Positions 1-8,813 of a DNA stretch of 64,000 nucleotides are shown here, one piece after another; within the stretch, counting starts at the first letter, position 1; the number at the start of each line of letters is the position of its first letter. The stretch is from Clostridia bacterium (GTDB lineage Bacteria; Bacillota; Clostridia; Monoglobales; Firm-18), in contig JAZNGX010000002.1 in the NCBI GenBank assembly GCA_045576675.1, positions 5,170 to 69,169 of the forward strand. The letters run 5' to 3'. The position numbers were made by a program, and so were the translations under genes. The notes below the pieces were generated by a model. The model did no database searches and was not told where the DNA came from. It saw only the letters and a list, made by a program, of their open reading frames with translations.

Positions 1-1125
1 GCAGACGATGCATATGAAGCAATTTGCCATTCTGCTCAGTTTATTAATGAGTTACGAAGAATAAGAAAGGAATTTCAGGGAAGACCAACCCCTGTTTATC
101 ATTGTGAAAGACTATCAAAGCTTTTTGGCAATTGCCAGATTTATTTAAAGCGTGAGGATTTAAACCACACTGGTGCTCATAAATTAAATCATTGTATGGG
201 TGAAGGCTTGCTTGCAAAATATATGGGCAAAAAGAAGATTATTGCTGAAACAGGTGCAGGTCAGCATGGTGTTGCTATAGCAACTGCTGCTGCATATTTT
301 GGTATGGAATGTGATGTTTATATGGGTGAGGTTGATATTGAAAAGCAGCACCCGAACGTTATCAGAATGAAAATGCTTGGAGCTAATGTTATTCCTGTTA
401 CAAAAGGCTTAAAAACATTAAAAGAAGCTTGTGACGCTGCATTCGAAGCATATCTTAATGAATATAAGGATGCAATTTATTGTATCGGTACAGCTGCAGG
501 TCCGCATCCGTTCCCTAAAATGGTAAGAGATTTTCAGTCCATAATTGGTATTGAAGCCAGAGAACAGTTTATAGAAATGACAGGTATTATGCCTGATGCA
601 ATTTGTGCCTGCGTGGGCGGCGGTTCAAATTCGCTTGGTATGTTTGTTCCGTTTCTTGCTGACCCTGTTGAGATTTATGGTATCGAACCATTGGGAAGAG
701 GAACAAATATTGGTGACCACGCTGCTACAATAGCTTATGGAACAAAGGGTATTATTCACGGATATAAGAGCTATGTGCTACAGGACGAAAGCGGTGAGCC
801 ATTGCCTGTTTATTCAATAGCAAGTGGTCTTGATTATCCGGGTGTTGGCCCGGAACATGCAAACTTGCGTGATATGAACCGTGTTCATTACGCAACTGTT
901 TCTGATGAAGATGCAATGGAAGCATTCTTCCTGCTGTCACGCTATGAGGGTATTATCCCTGCAATAGAAAGTGCTCATGCGGTGGCGTATGCTATCCGTT
1001 ATGCAAAGGAGCATAAATCAGGCTCAATACTGGCTTGTTTGTCAGGTCGCGGTGATAAGGATATTGATTATGTTTACGAAAAATACGGCTGCGGAGAAAA
1101 GTTTAAGCTGGACTATAAGGTTTGA
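1..1125 (+). CDS. trpB: Tryptophan synthase beta chain-like PLP enzyme (5' end outside window)
   Basis: Frame 1 is open from base 1, upstream of the ORF-track Met at 196. The translation carries HTGAHKLNH (TrpB PLP-lysine motif), AETGAGQHG and GGGSN. Confidence 0.85.
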   Translation, partial: ADDAYEAICHSAQFINELRRIRKEFQGRPTPVYHCERLSKLFGNCQIYLKREDLNHTGAHKLNHCMGEGLLAKYMGKKKIIAETGAGQHGVAIATAAAYFGMECDVYMGEVDIEKQHPNVIRMKMLGANVIPVTKGLKTLKEACDAAFEAYLNEYKDAIYCIGTAAGPHPFPKMVRDFQSIIGIEAREQFIEMTGIMPDAICACVGGGSNSLGMFVPFLADPVEIYGIEPLGRGTNIGDHAATIAYGTKGIIHGYKSYVLQDESGEPLPVYSIASGLDYPGVGPEHANLRDMNRVHYATVSDEDAMEAFFLLSRYEGIIPAIESAHAVAYAIRYAKEHKSGSILACLSGRGDKDIDYVYEKYGCGEKFKLDYKV

Positions 1126-1138
1126 GTATAATAATATC

Positions 1139-1176
1139 AAAAAGGCTGAACGATTAATTTTTCGTTCAGCCTTTTT
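1139..1176. terminator. Bidirectional rho-independent terminator between trpB (+) and the antiporter (-)
   Basis: Stem GGCTGAACGA (1144-1153) pairs with TCGTTCAGCC (1162-1171). It is flanked by an A5 run on the left and a T5 run on the right. Confidence 0.7.
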
Positions 1177-1178
1177 GA

Positions 1179-2468
1179 TTACATATTCTTTGCGTTTTCA
1201 AGCTTTGTCTGACGGCGGTTTTTAACCTCGTGCGGAATAGGCTTGATATCGCCTGCAGCTGTAAGTGCCTGTCTTGTAAGAAGCGGGCCGATAAGCTCAT
1301 AAATAAGAACTGCAAAAAGTGTGATATTTCTTATCAGATTGCCTTGCTCACCAAGCTGCATTGCTGTGGCACACATACCAAGTGCAACACCCGCCTGTGG
1401 CAAAAGAGTAATACCAAGATATTTACAGATGTTAGGTGAACATTTAACAAGCTTTGCACTTCCCATTGCACCATAGTATTTGCCAAGTGAACGGAACAGA
1501 ATATAAACAATGCCTATAACAACGATTGCAACATCTGCAAACACATTAAGCTCAAGTTCTGCACCGCTTATTACAAAGAACAAAGCAAAAAGCGGAGAAG
1601 TCCATTTGTCTGTCTTTTCCATAAGGTCGTGTGACAACGGACAAATGTTGCAGAAAACAGTTCCAAGCATCATACAAACAAGCAATGATGAAAAGCTTAT
1701 ATGTATTGAACCTATGCTGAATTCAAGCATAGATAACGAAGCTGTTAAAAACACAAAGGTAATTGTCATATTAAGACGATTTGTGTTTGAATTAAACCTT
1801 TTTTCAAGCTGTGTAAGGAACCAACCCATTAATGCACCAAGTGTAAGCGAGCATACAATTTCAACAAGAGGATTTATTATAATTGAAATCATATCTACTG
1901 AGCCCGAAATCAATGTTTTTGCAATACCAAATGATACTGCAAATACTATAAGACCAACAGCATCGTCCAATGCAACAATAGGCAACAGCAGGCTTGTTAA
2001 AGGACCTTTTGCCTTGTACTGACGTACAACCATAAGTGTTGCAGCAGGAGCTGTTGCTGTTGCGATAGCACCAAGTGTAATAAGCTGCGGTACTGTCAGC
2101 TTATCAGGCATTATAATATGTACAACAAGCAATGCAACGTCAACAAACAGCGTTGCAACAAGTGCCTGAAGAATACCTATTACTGTTGCCTGTATACCTG
2201 TCTTTCTAAGCTCTGTTAATCGGAACTCACTGCCGATTGAAAAAGCAATGAATGCCAAAGCAACCTCAGAAACAAGTGAAAGTCTGCTAACGGCTTCGTG
2301 ATTATTAAAGCCAAGCCCCTCAATGCCAAATGCGCCCATACAATATGGACCGATTAATACTCCGGCAATTAAATATGCAGTTACTGACGGCAGCTTTAAC
2401 GGCTTGAATACACGAGTCATAAGAAGTCCTGCCAATAACGCTATTGATACTGATAATAATGTACTCAT
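1179..2468 (-). CDS. Cation:proton antiporter (Na+/H+ exchanger, CPA2/Kef-like membrane domain)
   Basis: The 429 aa protein is hydrophobic throughout, with about 11-12 predicted helices. The N-terminal LIAGVLIGP pattern is typical of the Na_H exchanger family, and no KTN domain is present. Confidence 0.8.
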   Translation of the reverse strand: MSTLLSVSIALLAGLLMTRVFKPLKLPSVTAYLIAGVLIGPYCMGAFGIEGLGFNNHEAVSRLSLVSEVALAFIAFSIGSEFRLTELRKTGIQATVIGILQALVATLFVDVALLVVHIIMPDKLTVPQLITLGAIATATAPAATLMVVRQYKAKGPLTSLLLPIVALDDAVGLIVFAVSFGIAKTLISGSVDMISIIINPLVEIVCSLTLGALMGWFLTQLEKRFNSNTNRLNMTITFVFLTASLSMLEFSIGSIHISFSSLLVCMMLGTVFCNICPLSHDLMEKTDKWTSPLFALFFVISGAELELNVFADVAIVVIGIVYILFRSLGKYYGAMGSAKLVKCSPNICKYLGITLLPQAGVALGMCATAMQLGEQGNLIRNITLFAVLIYELIGPLLTRQALTAAGDIKPIPHEVKNRRQTKLENAKNM

Positions 2469-2525
2469 TTTTTATTCGCTTCCTTATAAAGAATTGGCGG
2501 ATTGTAAAATTCGCACCAATTTCGT

Positions 2526-2554
2526 ATTGTAGCACAACGAATTTTGTTTGTCAA
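2526..2554 (-). promoter_or_regulatory. Sigma-A type promoter for the antiporter gene
   Basis: The minus strand reads TTGACA (2554-2549), a 17 nt spacer, then TACAAT (2531-2526). It lies about 60 nt upstream of the ATG at 2468. Confidence 0.55.
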
Positions 2555-2570
2555 GGAATAAATGGGCATT

Positions 2571-3821
2571 TTATTTGTCAATTACAGATGTTTTTATAAT
2601 TCCGTCGTTAATTAGTAAGGTATCATCAGTATTTATGCATGATAATTTCAATGTGTTGATTGTACCATTGTTCAATATAAACGGTATATCATTTGTTTCT
2701 TTGTTACGTTCTCTTATTTCGTTAATATCGTCCTTGTAGCCTTTCCCTTTAATATAATCAGGATTATCAAGCAGATTTTTTTGTGTACAGTCCTTAACAG
2801 AAAATACACCTATGTTTGTGTTTTCACCAACATAAAACGTTTCGGCAGGTGAAACTTCTTCGTGTCTGGAAAGATTTTCAACTGAAATTGTATCAATATT
2901 AACATTTTCACCGATATGCATTAATGCAAAGGTAATCCATTTGCCGACCTTGTATTTTGGGAGCATTGGTGCTTTTGACACAGCGATGTTTTTAAAAACA
3001 AGGTTAGAAAAGTTTCCTCTTGCGTTTTCTGTTTCGTAAAATTTTGAAATACACACAGCATAGCGGTAATATGTTCCGTAAACATTTGAAATACTTATGT
3101 TTTTGACGGGATGATTTACGGACAAAAGTCTTACTCCGCTATGACTGTTCTCGCTATATACACCATTAACTGTTATGTCGGAAATCGGACCTGAGACAAA
3201 ATCGTCAGCATTGATTGCAACAAGGTCATCATATACTGTGCCTTTTACATTTTCTATATGACCGAAGCGGCAACCGCCGTCAAGATGAACTCCGTCCATA
3301 TTAAGTGCAATTGGATTGCCAAGGTTATAGTCAAATGCAATGTCGCTTATTGTGAAATATTGTGTGTAACCAAGCTGGATGCCGAATGTTACGGGGTTTT
3401 TTATGGTAAGTGCTTTTAATGTTAAATTTTTTACGTGTGAAAAACGAAGTGCAACACCTAAATAATTATCATAAAAATATTCAGTAGGATTAGGCAGAAC
3501 CATTTGATTACGCACTTCTTCACTGCGTAAAGGGTTTTCGTCTTGCTCTGAATTGTTGTAATTCCAGATACCTCCGCTTATGCTTATGTTTTCGTTACCA
3601 TCAATATCTTCTGAATTTTTAAGCATGATACAACTACTGCCTGCTTTCAGTTTGATTTCTGTAAATCTGTCCAAAACAAGAGATGTATTGGAACTGATTA
3701 AAAGCGGACGGCTTATTATATAGCAAACATCGGGTTGAGGAAAATAGACATTCTTTTTGCCACTGTCTAATAATCCCTGCAGATAGTTTGTGTCATCGTT
3801 TATTCCATTGCCTATGTTCAT
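2571..3821 (-). CDS. Right-handed beta-helix glycosidase-like protein (GH28 / pectate-lyase-superfamily related)
   Basis: The 416 aa protein starts NDDTNYLQGLLDSGKKNVYFP..Y.ISRPL.ISSNTSLVLD, the pattern of the pectate_lyase_3/GH28-related N terminus. Beta-helix-like repeats follow, and there is no signal peptide. Confidence 0.65.
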   Translation of the reverse strand: MNIGNGINDDTNYLQGLLDSGKKNVYFPQPDVCYIISRPLLISSNTSLVLDRFTEIKLKAGSSCIMLKNSEDIDGNENISISGGIWNYNNSEQDENPLRSEEVRNQMVLPNPTEYFYDNYLGVALRFSHVKNLTLKALTIKNPVTFGIQLGYTQYFTISDIAFDYNLGNPIALNMDGVHLDGGCRFGHIENVKGTVYDDLVAINADDFVSGPISDITVNGVYSENSHSGVRLLSVNHPVKNISISNVYGTYYRYAVCISKFYETENARGNFSNLVFKNIAVSKAPMLPKYKVGKWITFALMHIGENVNIDTISVENLSRHEEVSPAETFYVGENTNIGVFSVKDCTQKNLLDNPDYIKGKGYKDDINEIRERNKETNDIPFILNNGTINTLKLSCINTDDTLLINDGIIKTSVIDK

Positions 3822-3823
3822 TT

Positions 3824-5710
3824 TCAGTTCTCCTTAAATTTGATAGTTACAGCTTCACCTGCACGTATAAACTGCTTTTTAAACCCACATAAATTCTTGT
3901 GAGGTATATATTCAAATTTTAGTACAGAGTAGTTTACATCGTATTCACCGTTATTTTTTAATTCAACTGTGTTTTCGTCAAGCCAGTTTTCTGTTATATC
4001 TGAATAAGTAAGACCATGACCAAATTCATAAACGGGAGTGCCTTTAAAGAACTTGTATGTTCTGTTTTCCATTGAATAATCTTCAAATGGAGGTATATCC
4101 TCAATGCTCTTATAGAATGTTACAGGCAGTCTGCCACATGGTGAGACCTTACCGAAAATAATATCGGCAAGTGCATTTCCGCCCTCTGCACCGGGATAGA
4201 AGCACTGGATAACAGCATCGCAGTGTTCATTTTCATACGAAAGATTCAAGCAGCTGCCGCTTACATTTACAAAAATGATAGGCTTACCAATACTGATAAT
4301 TTCATTAATCATCTTGCGTTGTGAAACAGGAAGTTCGATATCAAGCTTATCTCCGCTTGCGGTTCCATTATATGAATCTCCTTCTTCCCCTTCCATCATT
4401 GGATTAAGACCGCAACACAAAATGACAACATCAGCCTTCTTTGCCGCTATTATTGCCTCACGCATCGGATGTTCAGACCATTCGTGTATATTATCATTGA
4501 AAATGTCGCATCCAAGTGCGTATATAACATTTGCATCTGTGCCGTCTTGTATTCCTTTTAATATTGTAGAGTATTTTGATGGTGTTCCGTTATAGTTACC
4601 AAGTAAAACTCCCTTATCATCGGCATTAGGACCGATAACGGCAATTGTTTTTGTGTTTTTTAGCGGAAGTATACCATTGTTTTTAAGAAGTACCATACTT
4701 TCCTGTGCCATTTTTCTGTTTAATGCTCTGTGTGCATCACATTCAACTACCTCATAAGGAATATTGTCATACTCACAGTTGTCATCAAACATACCAAGTC
4801 TGAAGCGGGCAGTAAACAGCCTTACAACTGCTTCTGTAATTGTTTCTTCATCCAAAAGATTGTTTGCTACAGCTGTCTTTAACCATTTATAAGCTGTTCC
4901 ACAGTTAAGGTTACAGCCATTTTTAACCGCCAGTGCGGCACTTTCTGCCTCGTTTTTTGTAATTTTGTGATGATTGTTGATATCGCATATTGCACCGCAG
5001 TCTGAAACAACATAGCCTTTAAAGCCAAATTCACCGTACAATATATCCTGAAGCAATGTTTTGCTTGCACAGCATGCTTCACCGTTTACTCTGTTGTATG
5101 CACCCATTACAGCTGACGGGTCAGCATTGTCAATGCAATACTTAAATGCCCAAAGATATGTTTCGTACAAATCTTTTTGGCTTACAACAGCGTTGAATCC
5201 ATGTCTGTCAGCTTCGGGACCGCTGTGAACTGCATAATGCTTAATAGTTGCATCAAGCTTGCGATACTTGCCCTCGCCCTGCAAACCTTTGATAAATGCT
5301 GTTCCCATTCTACCGGTTAAATATGGGTCTTCGCCGTAGGTTTCATGTCCCCGTCCCCATCTTGGGTCACGGAATATATTAATGTTTGGTGACCAGTATG
5401 TAAGCCCCTGATAAATTAAAGTGTCACCAAATTTTCTGAATTCGTTATATTTAGCTCTCGCTTCATCGGAAATTGCTATTGCAACCTTGTGCATAAGCTC
5501 TGTATTAAAGCTTGCAGCCATGCCGATTGCCTGAGGAAAAACAGTTGCACAGCCGGAGCGTGCAACACCGTGCAGACATTCATTCCACCAGTTATATGCA
5601 GGTACACCCAATCTTTCAATTGCGGGTGCATCATATTTCATTTGTGCCATTTTTTCAGCAAGTGTCATTTTTGAAACAAGCTCGCGGGCACGTTCTTCAA
5701 ATGTTTTCAT
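3824..5710 (-). CDS. Glycoside hydrolase family 3 (beta-glucosidase/beta-xylosidase type)
   Basis: Family signatures are WNECLHG, KHYAVHSGPE, GYVVSDCGAI (catalytic Asp region) and a C-terminal Fn3-like domain. The ATG at 5710 has AAGGAG 9 nt upstream; TTG at 5713 is an alternative start. No signal peptide is present. Confidence 0.9.
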   Translation of the reverse strand: MKTFEERARELVSKMTLAEKMAQMKYDAPAIERLGVPAYNWWNECLHGVARSGCATVFPQAIGMAASFNTELMHKVAIAISDEARAKYNEFRKFGDTLIYQGLTYWSPNINIFRDPRWGRGHETYGEDPYLTGRMGTAFIKGLQGEGKYRKLDATIKHYAVHSGPEADRHGFNAVVSQKDLYETYLWAFKYCIDNADPSAVMGAYNRVNGEACCASKTLLQDILYGEFGFKGYVVSDCGAICDINNHHKITKNEAESAALAVKNGCNLNCGTAYKWLKTAVANNLLDEETITEAVVRLFTARFRLGMFDDNCEYDNIPYEVVECDAHRALNRKMAQESMVLLKNNGILPLKNTKTIAVIGPNADDKGVLLGNYNGTPSKYSTILKGIQDGTDANVIYALGCDIFNDNIHEWSEHPMREAIIAAKKADVVILCCGLNPMMEGEEGDSYNGTASGDKLDIELPVSQRKMINEIISIGKPIIFVNVSGSCLNLSYENEHCDAVIQCFYPGAEGGNALADIIFGKVSPCGRLPVTFYKSIEDIPPFEDYSMENRTYKFFKGTPVYEFGHGLTYSDITENWLDENTVELKNNGEYDVNYSVLKFEYIPHKNLCGFKKQFIRAGEAVTIKFKEN

Positions 5711-5746
5711 CAAAAATCACTCCTTAAAGCATATGATATCACACAT

Positions 5747-5809
5747 ATATTGCTTTAACTATACTGAATATTGCTGATTTTAAGACAAATATTGCTTTTT
5801 TTATATTGC
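5747..5809. promoter_or_regulatory. Four ATATTGC direct repeats in the divergent GH3/AraC intergenic region (candidate AraC-type operator)
   Basis: ATATTGC starts at 5747, 5768, 5789 and 5803, giving spacings of 21, 21 and 14 bp. The third copy overlaps the -35 of the AraC promoter. Confidence 0.4.
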
Positions 5810-5820
5810 AGTGATATACT
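5792..5820 (+). promoter_or_regulatory. Candidate promoter of the AraC regulator gene
   Basis: The sequence reads TTGCTT (5792-5797), a 17 nt spacer, then TATACT (5815-5820). GAGG at 5827-5830 and the ATG at 5839 follow. Confidence 0.5.
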
Positions 5821-5838
5821 ATATATGAGGTGAAAAAT

Positions 5839-6657
5839 ATGTCAGGAGCAATGTATGAAACAGATAACAAATCAATTGGAAGCTTTCCTTCGATTAATCT
5901 TGAAAGTGAAAATCTGACGTATATATCACATTACCACGAGGAGATGGAAGTTATATATATCAAATGCGGCGTTACTTCCGCATATTCGGGTTCAAACGAA
6001 ATAGTTTTGCAAAAAGGTGATATATGCATTTTTATGCCGGGTGAAATTCACAGCTTTCAAAGCACTGAGTATAATTGCATTGATATTTTAAAACTAAAAA
6101 CAGACACTTTTTATGAAGAAATAGATTTCTGGAAAATGCGATTAAAAAACAATCGCATCAGCTGTGACCATAGCTGCTATCAGGTGCTTAAGTCTGTTAT
6201 AGATGAAATACGTAATGAGTTTAAAGAGCAAAAAACAGGTTATGAGTTTGCCATCAGAAATTGTAAAAATATAATAATTAGTACTGTTATACGAAATATT
6301 GAACACGAATATTCTGACCAGAGTAAAAGCATTATGATGCTTGATTTGATAAACAAGTATCTTGAACTGAATTTTGAAAGTCACATATGCCTTGATGGTG
6401 CTGCAAAAGCCTGTCACTTTTCGAAATACTATTTTGCCCACAAGTTAAAGGAACTCACAGGAACTACCTTTGTGCAATACCTTTCGTCATTCAGGGCAGA
6501 AAAGGCGGCTCAGCTTTTAAAAACCACCAATATGCGTGTGACTGATGTTGCGTTAAAATGCGGCTTTAACAATTTAAGAAGCTTTAACCGTCAGTTTAAA
6601 GCGACGTATAACGTAACACCGCTTATGTACAGAAAAAGTGTAAATAATAACTCTTGA
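5839..6657 (+). CDS. AraC family transcriptional regulator (N-terminal cupin sensor plus C-terminal HTH)
   Basis: A cupin-like N terminus (HYHEEMEVIYI..GEIHSF) is followed by a C-terminal AraC HTH (FSKYYFAHKLKELTGTTFVQYL...GFNNLRSFNRQFK). The ATG at 5839 lies 8 nt after GAGG. Confidence 0.85.
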   Translation: MSGAMYETDNKSIGSFPSINLESENLTYISHYHEEMEVIYIKCGVTSAYSGSNEIVLQKGDICIFMPGEIHSFQSTEYNCIDILKLKTDTFYEEIDFWKMRLKNNRISCDHSCYQVLKSVIDEIRNEFKEQKTGYEFAIRNCKNIIISTVIRNIEHEYSDQSKSIMMLDLINKYLELNFESHICLDGAAKACHFSKYYFAHKLKELTGTTFVQYLSSFRAEKAAQLLKTTNMRVTDVALKCGFNNLRSFNRQFKATYNVTPLMYRKSVNNNS

Positions 6658-6756
6658 TTTTTTGTGAATAATAATATATAATGAAAATATTGTGATGGAA
6701 GATATATTAAGTTCGGCTTCGGTTGCGGGTTAAATATAAAAAATGAGCAAAAAGTA

Positions 6757-6785
6757 TTGACAAATATTATAAAAAAAGGTATAAT
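6757..6785 (+). promoter_or_regulatory. Consensus sigma-A promoter of the yceD-rpmF operon
   Basis: The sequence reads TTGACA (6757-6762), a 17 nt spacer, then TATAAT (6780-6785). The ORF-track TTG start at 6757 is the -35 box itself. Confidence 0.6.
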
Positions 6786-6792
6786 GCTGATT

Positions 6793-7254
6793 ATGAATGT
6801 AGATTTGTTACCAATAATTAATAATGAAAACGAAAAAGTATCATTTGACGGCACACTTACTTACGAGTATGAAGGTGCTGTTATTAATGCAGAAGTTAAC
6901 GGTTATGTAATCAATTTTGCAGGCTCTCTTGAGGTTCATGGTGATATCAGGGCAGATATTTCTGCTCCGTGCGCTAAATGTCTTGAGACTGTTAATGATT
7001 ATATGGAGCTTTCCATTAACGAAACTGTCGGTGAGGATGGTATCGAGCTGGAAGGAACTGTAATCGATATTGATTCAATTGTTTACGGTGAGCTTATGGT
7101 TAACATTCCTATAAGGTTTGTTTGCAGTGATGAGTGTAAGGGTTTATGCCCCAAGTGTGGTGCAAATCTTAACATAAAACAATGTCAATGCAAGGACGAC
7201 GAGGTTTACGACGAACGTTTTGCAAGACCAAGATTTGAACGCCGTAAGCGTTAA
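6793..7254 (+). CDS. YceD/DUF177 family protein (large-subunit ribosomal protein L32 accumulation factor family)
   Basis: It sits directly upstream of rpmF, as in most bacteria. The C-terminal Cys motif is CSDECKGLCPKCGANLN..CQC. The start is placed at ATG 6793, downstream of the promoter. Confidence 0.8.
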   Translation: MNVDLLPIINNENEKVSFDGTLTYEYEGAVINAEVNGYVINFAGSLEVHGDIRADISAPCAKCLETVNDYMELSINETVGEDGIELEGTVIDIDSIVYGELMVNIPIRFVCSDECKGLCPKCGANLNIKQCQCKDDEVYDERFARPRFERRKR

Positions 7255-7293
7255 ATAACCTGTACGGTTAATTATGAGGAGGTGTATTTTCAC

Positions 7294-7473
7294 ATGGCAG
7301 TACCTAAGAGAAGAGTATCAAAAGAAAGACGCGATAAAAGACGTGCTAATTGGAAATTAGCTTTGCCCGGTATGGTAAAATGTCCTAATTGCCAGGAATT
7401 CAAGTTGCCTCACAGAGTATGTGGTAACTGTGGTTTTTACAAAGGCAAGGAAGTCATAAAAAAAGAAGCGTAA
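7294..7473 (+). CDS. rpmF: 50S ribosomal protein L32
   Basis: The protein begins [18 protein letters not shown] and has a CPNC...CGNCG zinc ribbon. GAGGAGG lies 11-12 nt upstream of the ATG at 7294. Confidence 0.95.
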   Translation: MAVPKRRVSKERRDKRRANWKLALPGMVKCPNCQEFKLPHRVCGNCGFYKGKEVIKKEA

Positions 7474-7480
7474 TTTTGAT

Positions 7481-7512
7481 AAGAGGTTGTCTTTTAATGC
7501 AACCTCTTTTTT
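7481..7512 (+). terminator. Rho-independent terminator after rpmF
   Basis: Stem AAGAGGTTG (7481-7489) pairs with CAACCTCTT (7500-7508) and is followed by a T run. Confidence 0.75.
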
Positions 7513-7539
7513 GCTATAAGTAGAAAGGAGCGATGATAC

Positions 7540-8808
7540 TTGGAGAATGTTGTTAAATGGGTTGAACCGGACTCTATTGCTGAAGAAATCGGCATAGAAC
7601 CCGGTGATGTTCTTGTATCTGTTAACAATACAAAGCTTAAGGATATTCTTGATTATCGCTTTTTTACAGCTTCTGATGAATATACAATCGAAATTCTCAA
7701 AAAAAATGGTGAAACTGAGATAATAGAAATATATAACGAGGATTACGAGGATTTAGGACTTCATTTTGAAAATTTTCTTATGGATAAGGAACAATGGTGT
7801 CATAATAAGTGTGTGTTCTGTTTTGTTGACCAGTTGCCACAAAATATGAGAAAATCCCTGTATTATAAGGATGACGATTATCGTCTTTCCGCACTTATGG
7901 GGAATTATATTACGCTTACAAATTTAAAGGAAGAGGATATTGACAGAATAATTAATATGCATCTTCCAAGAATTAATATTTCTGTTCATACAGTGGATAA
8001 AGAGCTTCGTTCGCAGCTCTTGCATCACAAAAACGCAGATGTTATGCCAATAATCGAGCGTTTTGCCGAGGCGGGCATTTATATGGATTGTCAGGTGGTT
8101 TTGTGTAAGGGCTTAAATGATGGTAAATACCTTGATGAAACCATAACAGAGCTTGCAAAATTCTATCCTTATGTACAGTGCCTTTGTGTTGTCCCTGTTG
8201 GACTTACGGAGCACAGAGAAGGGCTTTGCAGCCTGCAACGCTTTGATGCTGAAGGTGCCACAGCTGTTATAGAGCAGATTGAAGGCTACAATGCACAGTT
8301 TAAAGAAAAGCTTGGAACAAATTTTGTTTTTGCTTCTGACGAATTTTATGTGATTGCAAATTACAGATTGCCTGAGTTTGAGTATTATGAAGAATTTTTG
8401 CAGATGGAAAACGGCGTGGGCTTGCTTACATCATTAATCAGCGAATTTAACGAAGCAGAGCCATGCGAGGTAATTACCAGAAAAACTATTGCAACAGGGG
8501 TCAGTGCGGCACCGTATATAGAAGAGCTTGTAAGCTCTGTTACTGATAAGGTGCAGGTAATACCGATTGTAAATGATTTTTTAGGTCATACAATTACTGT
8601 TGCAGGACTTACTACAGGTCGTGATATAATTAATCAACTTAAAGGTAAGGAGCTTGGTGAAGTGCTTCTTTTGCCTGATGTGATGTTAAACTATGACGGC
8701 TTGTTTTTAGATGATTTGAAAATAAGTGATATTGAAGATGCACTTAACATAAAGGTTAAGACTGTTCAAAATGACGGAGCAGCATTAAGAGAAAGTATTG
8801 GAGGGTAA
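7540..8808 (+). CDS. PDZ domain plus DUF512 protein with radical-SAM-like CxxxCxxC (TIGR03279-like, function unknown)
   Basis: The N-terminal PDZ-like segment ([18 protein letters not shown]) is followed by CHNKCVFC (CxxxCxxC) and a DUF512-like C-terminal part. The TTG start lies 9 nt after AAAGGAG. Confidence 0.7.
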   Translation: MENVVKWVEPDSIAEEIGIEPGDVLVSVNNTKLKDILDYRFFTASDEYTIEILKKNGETEIIEIYNEDYEDLGLHFENFLMDKEQWCHNKCVFCFVDQLPQNMRKSLYYKDDDYRLSALMGNYITLTNLKEEDIDRIINMHLPRINISVHTVDKELRSQLLHHKNADVMPIIERFAEAGIYMDCQVVLCKGLNDGKYLDETITELAKFYPYVQCLCVVPVGLTEHREGLCSLQRFDAEGATAVIEQIEGYNAQFKEKLGTNFVFASDEFYVIANYRLPEFEYYEEFLQMENGVGLLTSLISEFNEAEPCEVITRKTIATGVSAAPYIEELVSSVTDKVQVIPIVNDFLGHTITVAGLTTGRDIINQLKGKELGEVLLLPDVMLNYDGLFLDDLKISDIEDALNIKVKTVQNDGAALRESIGG

Positions 8809-8813
8809 AACAA

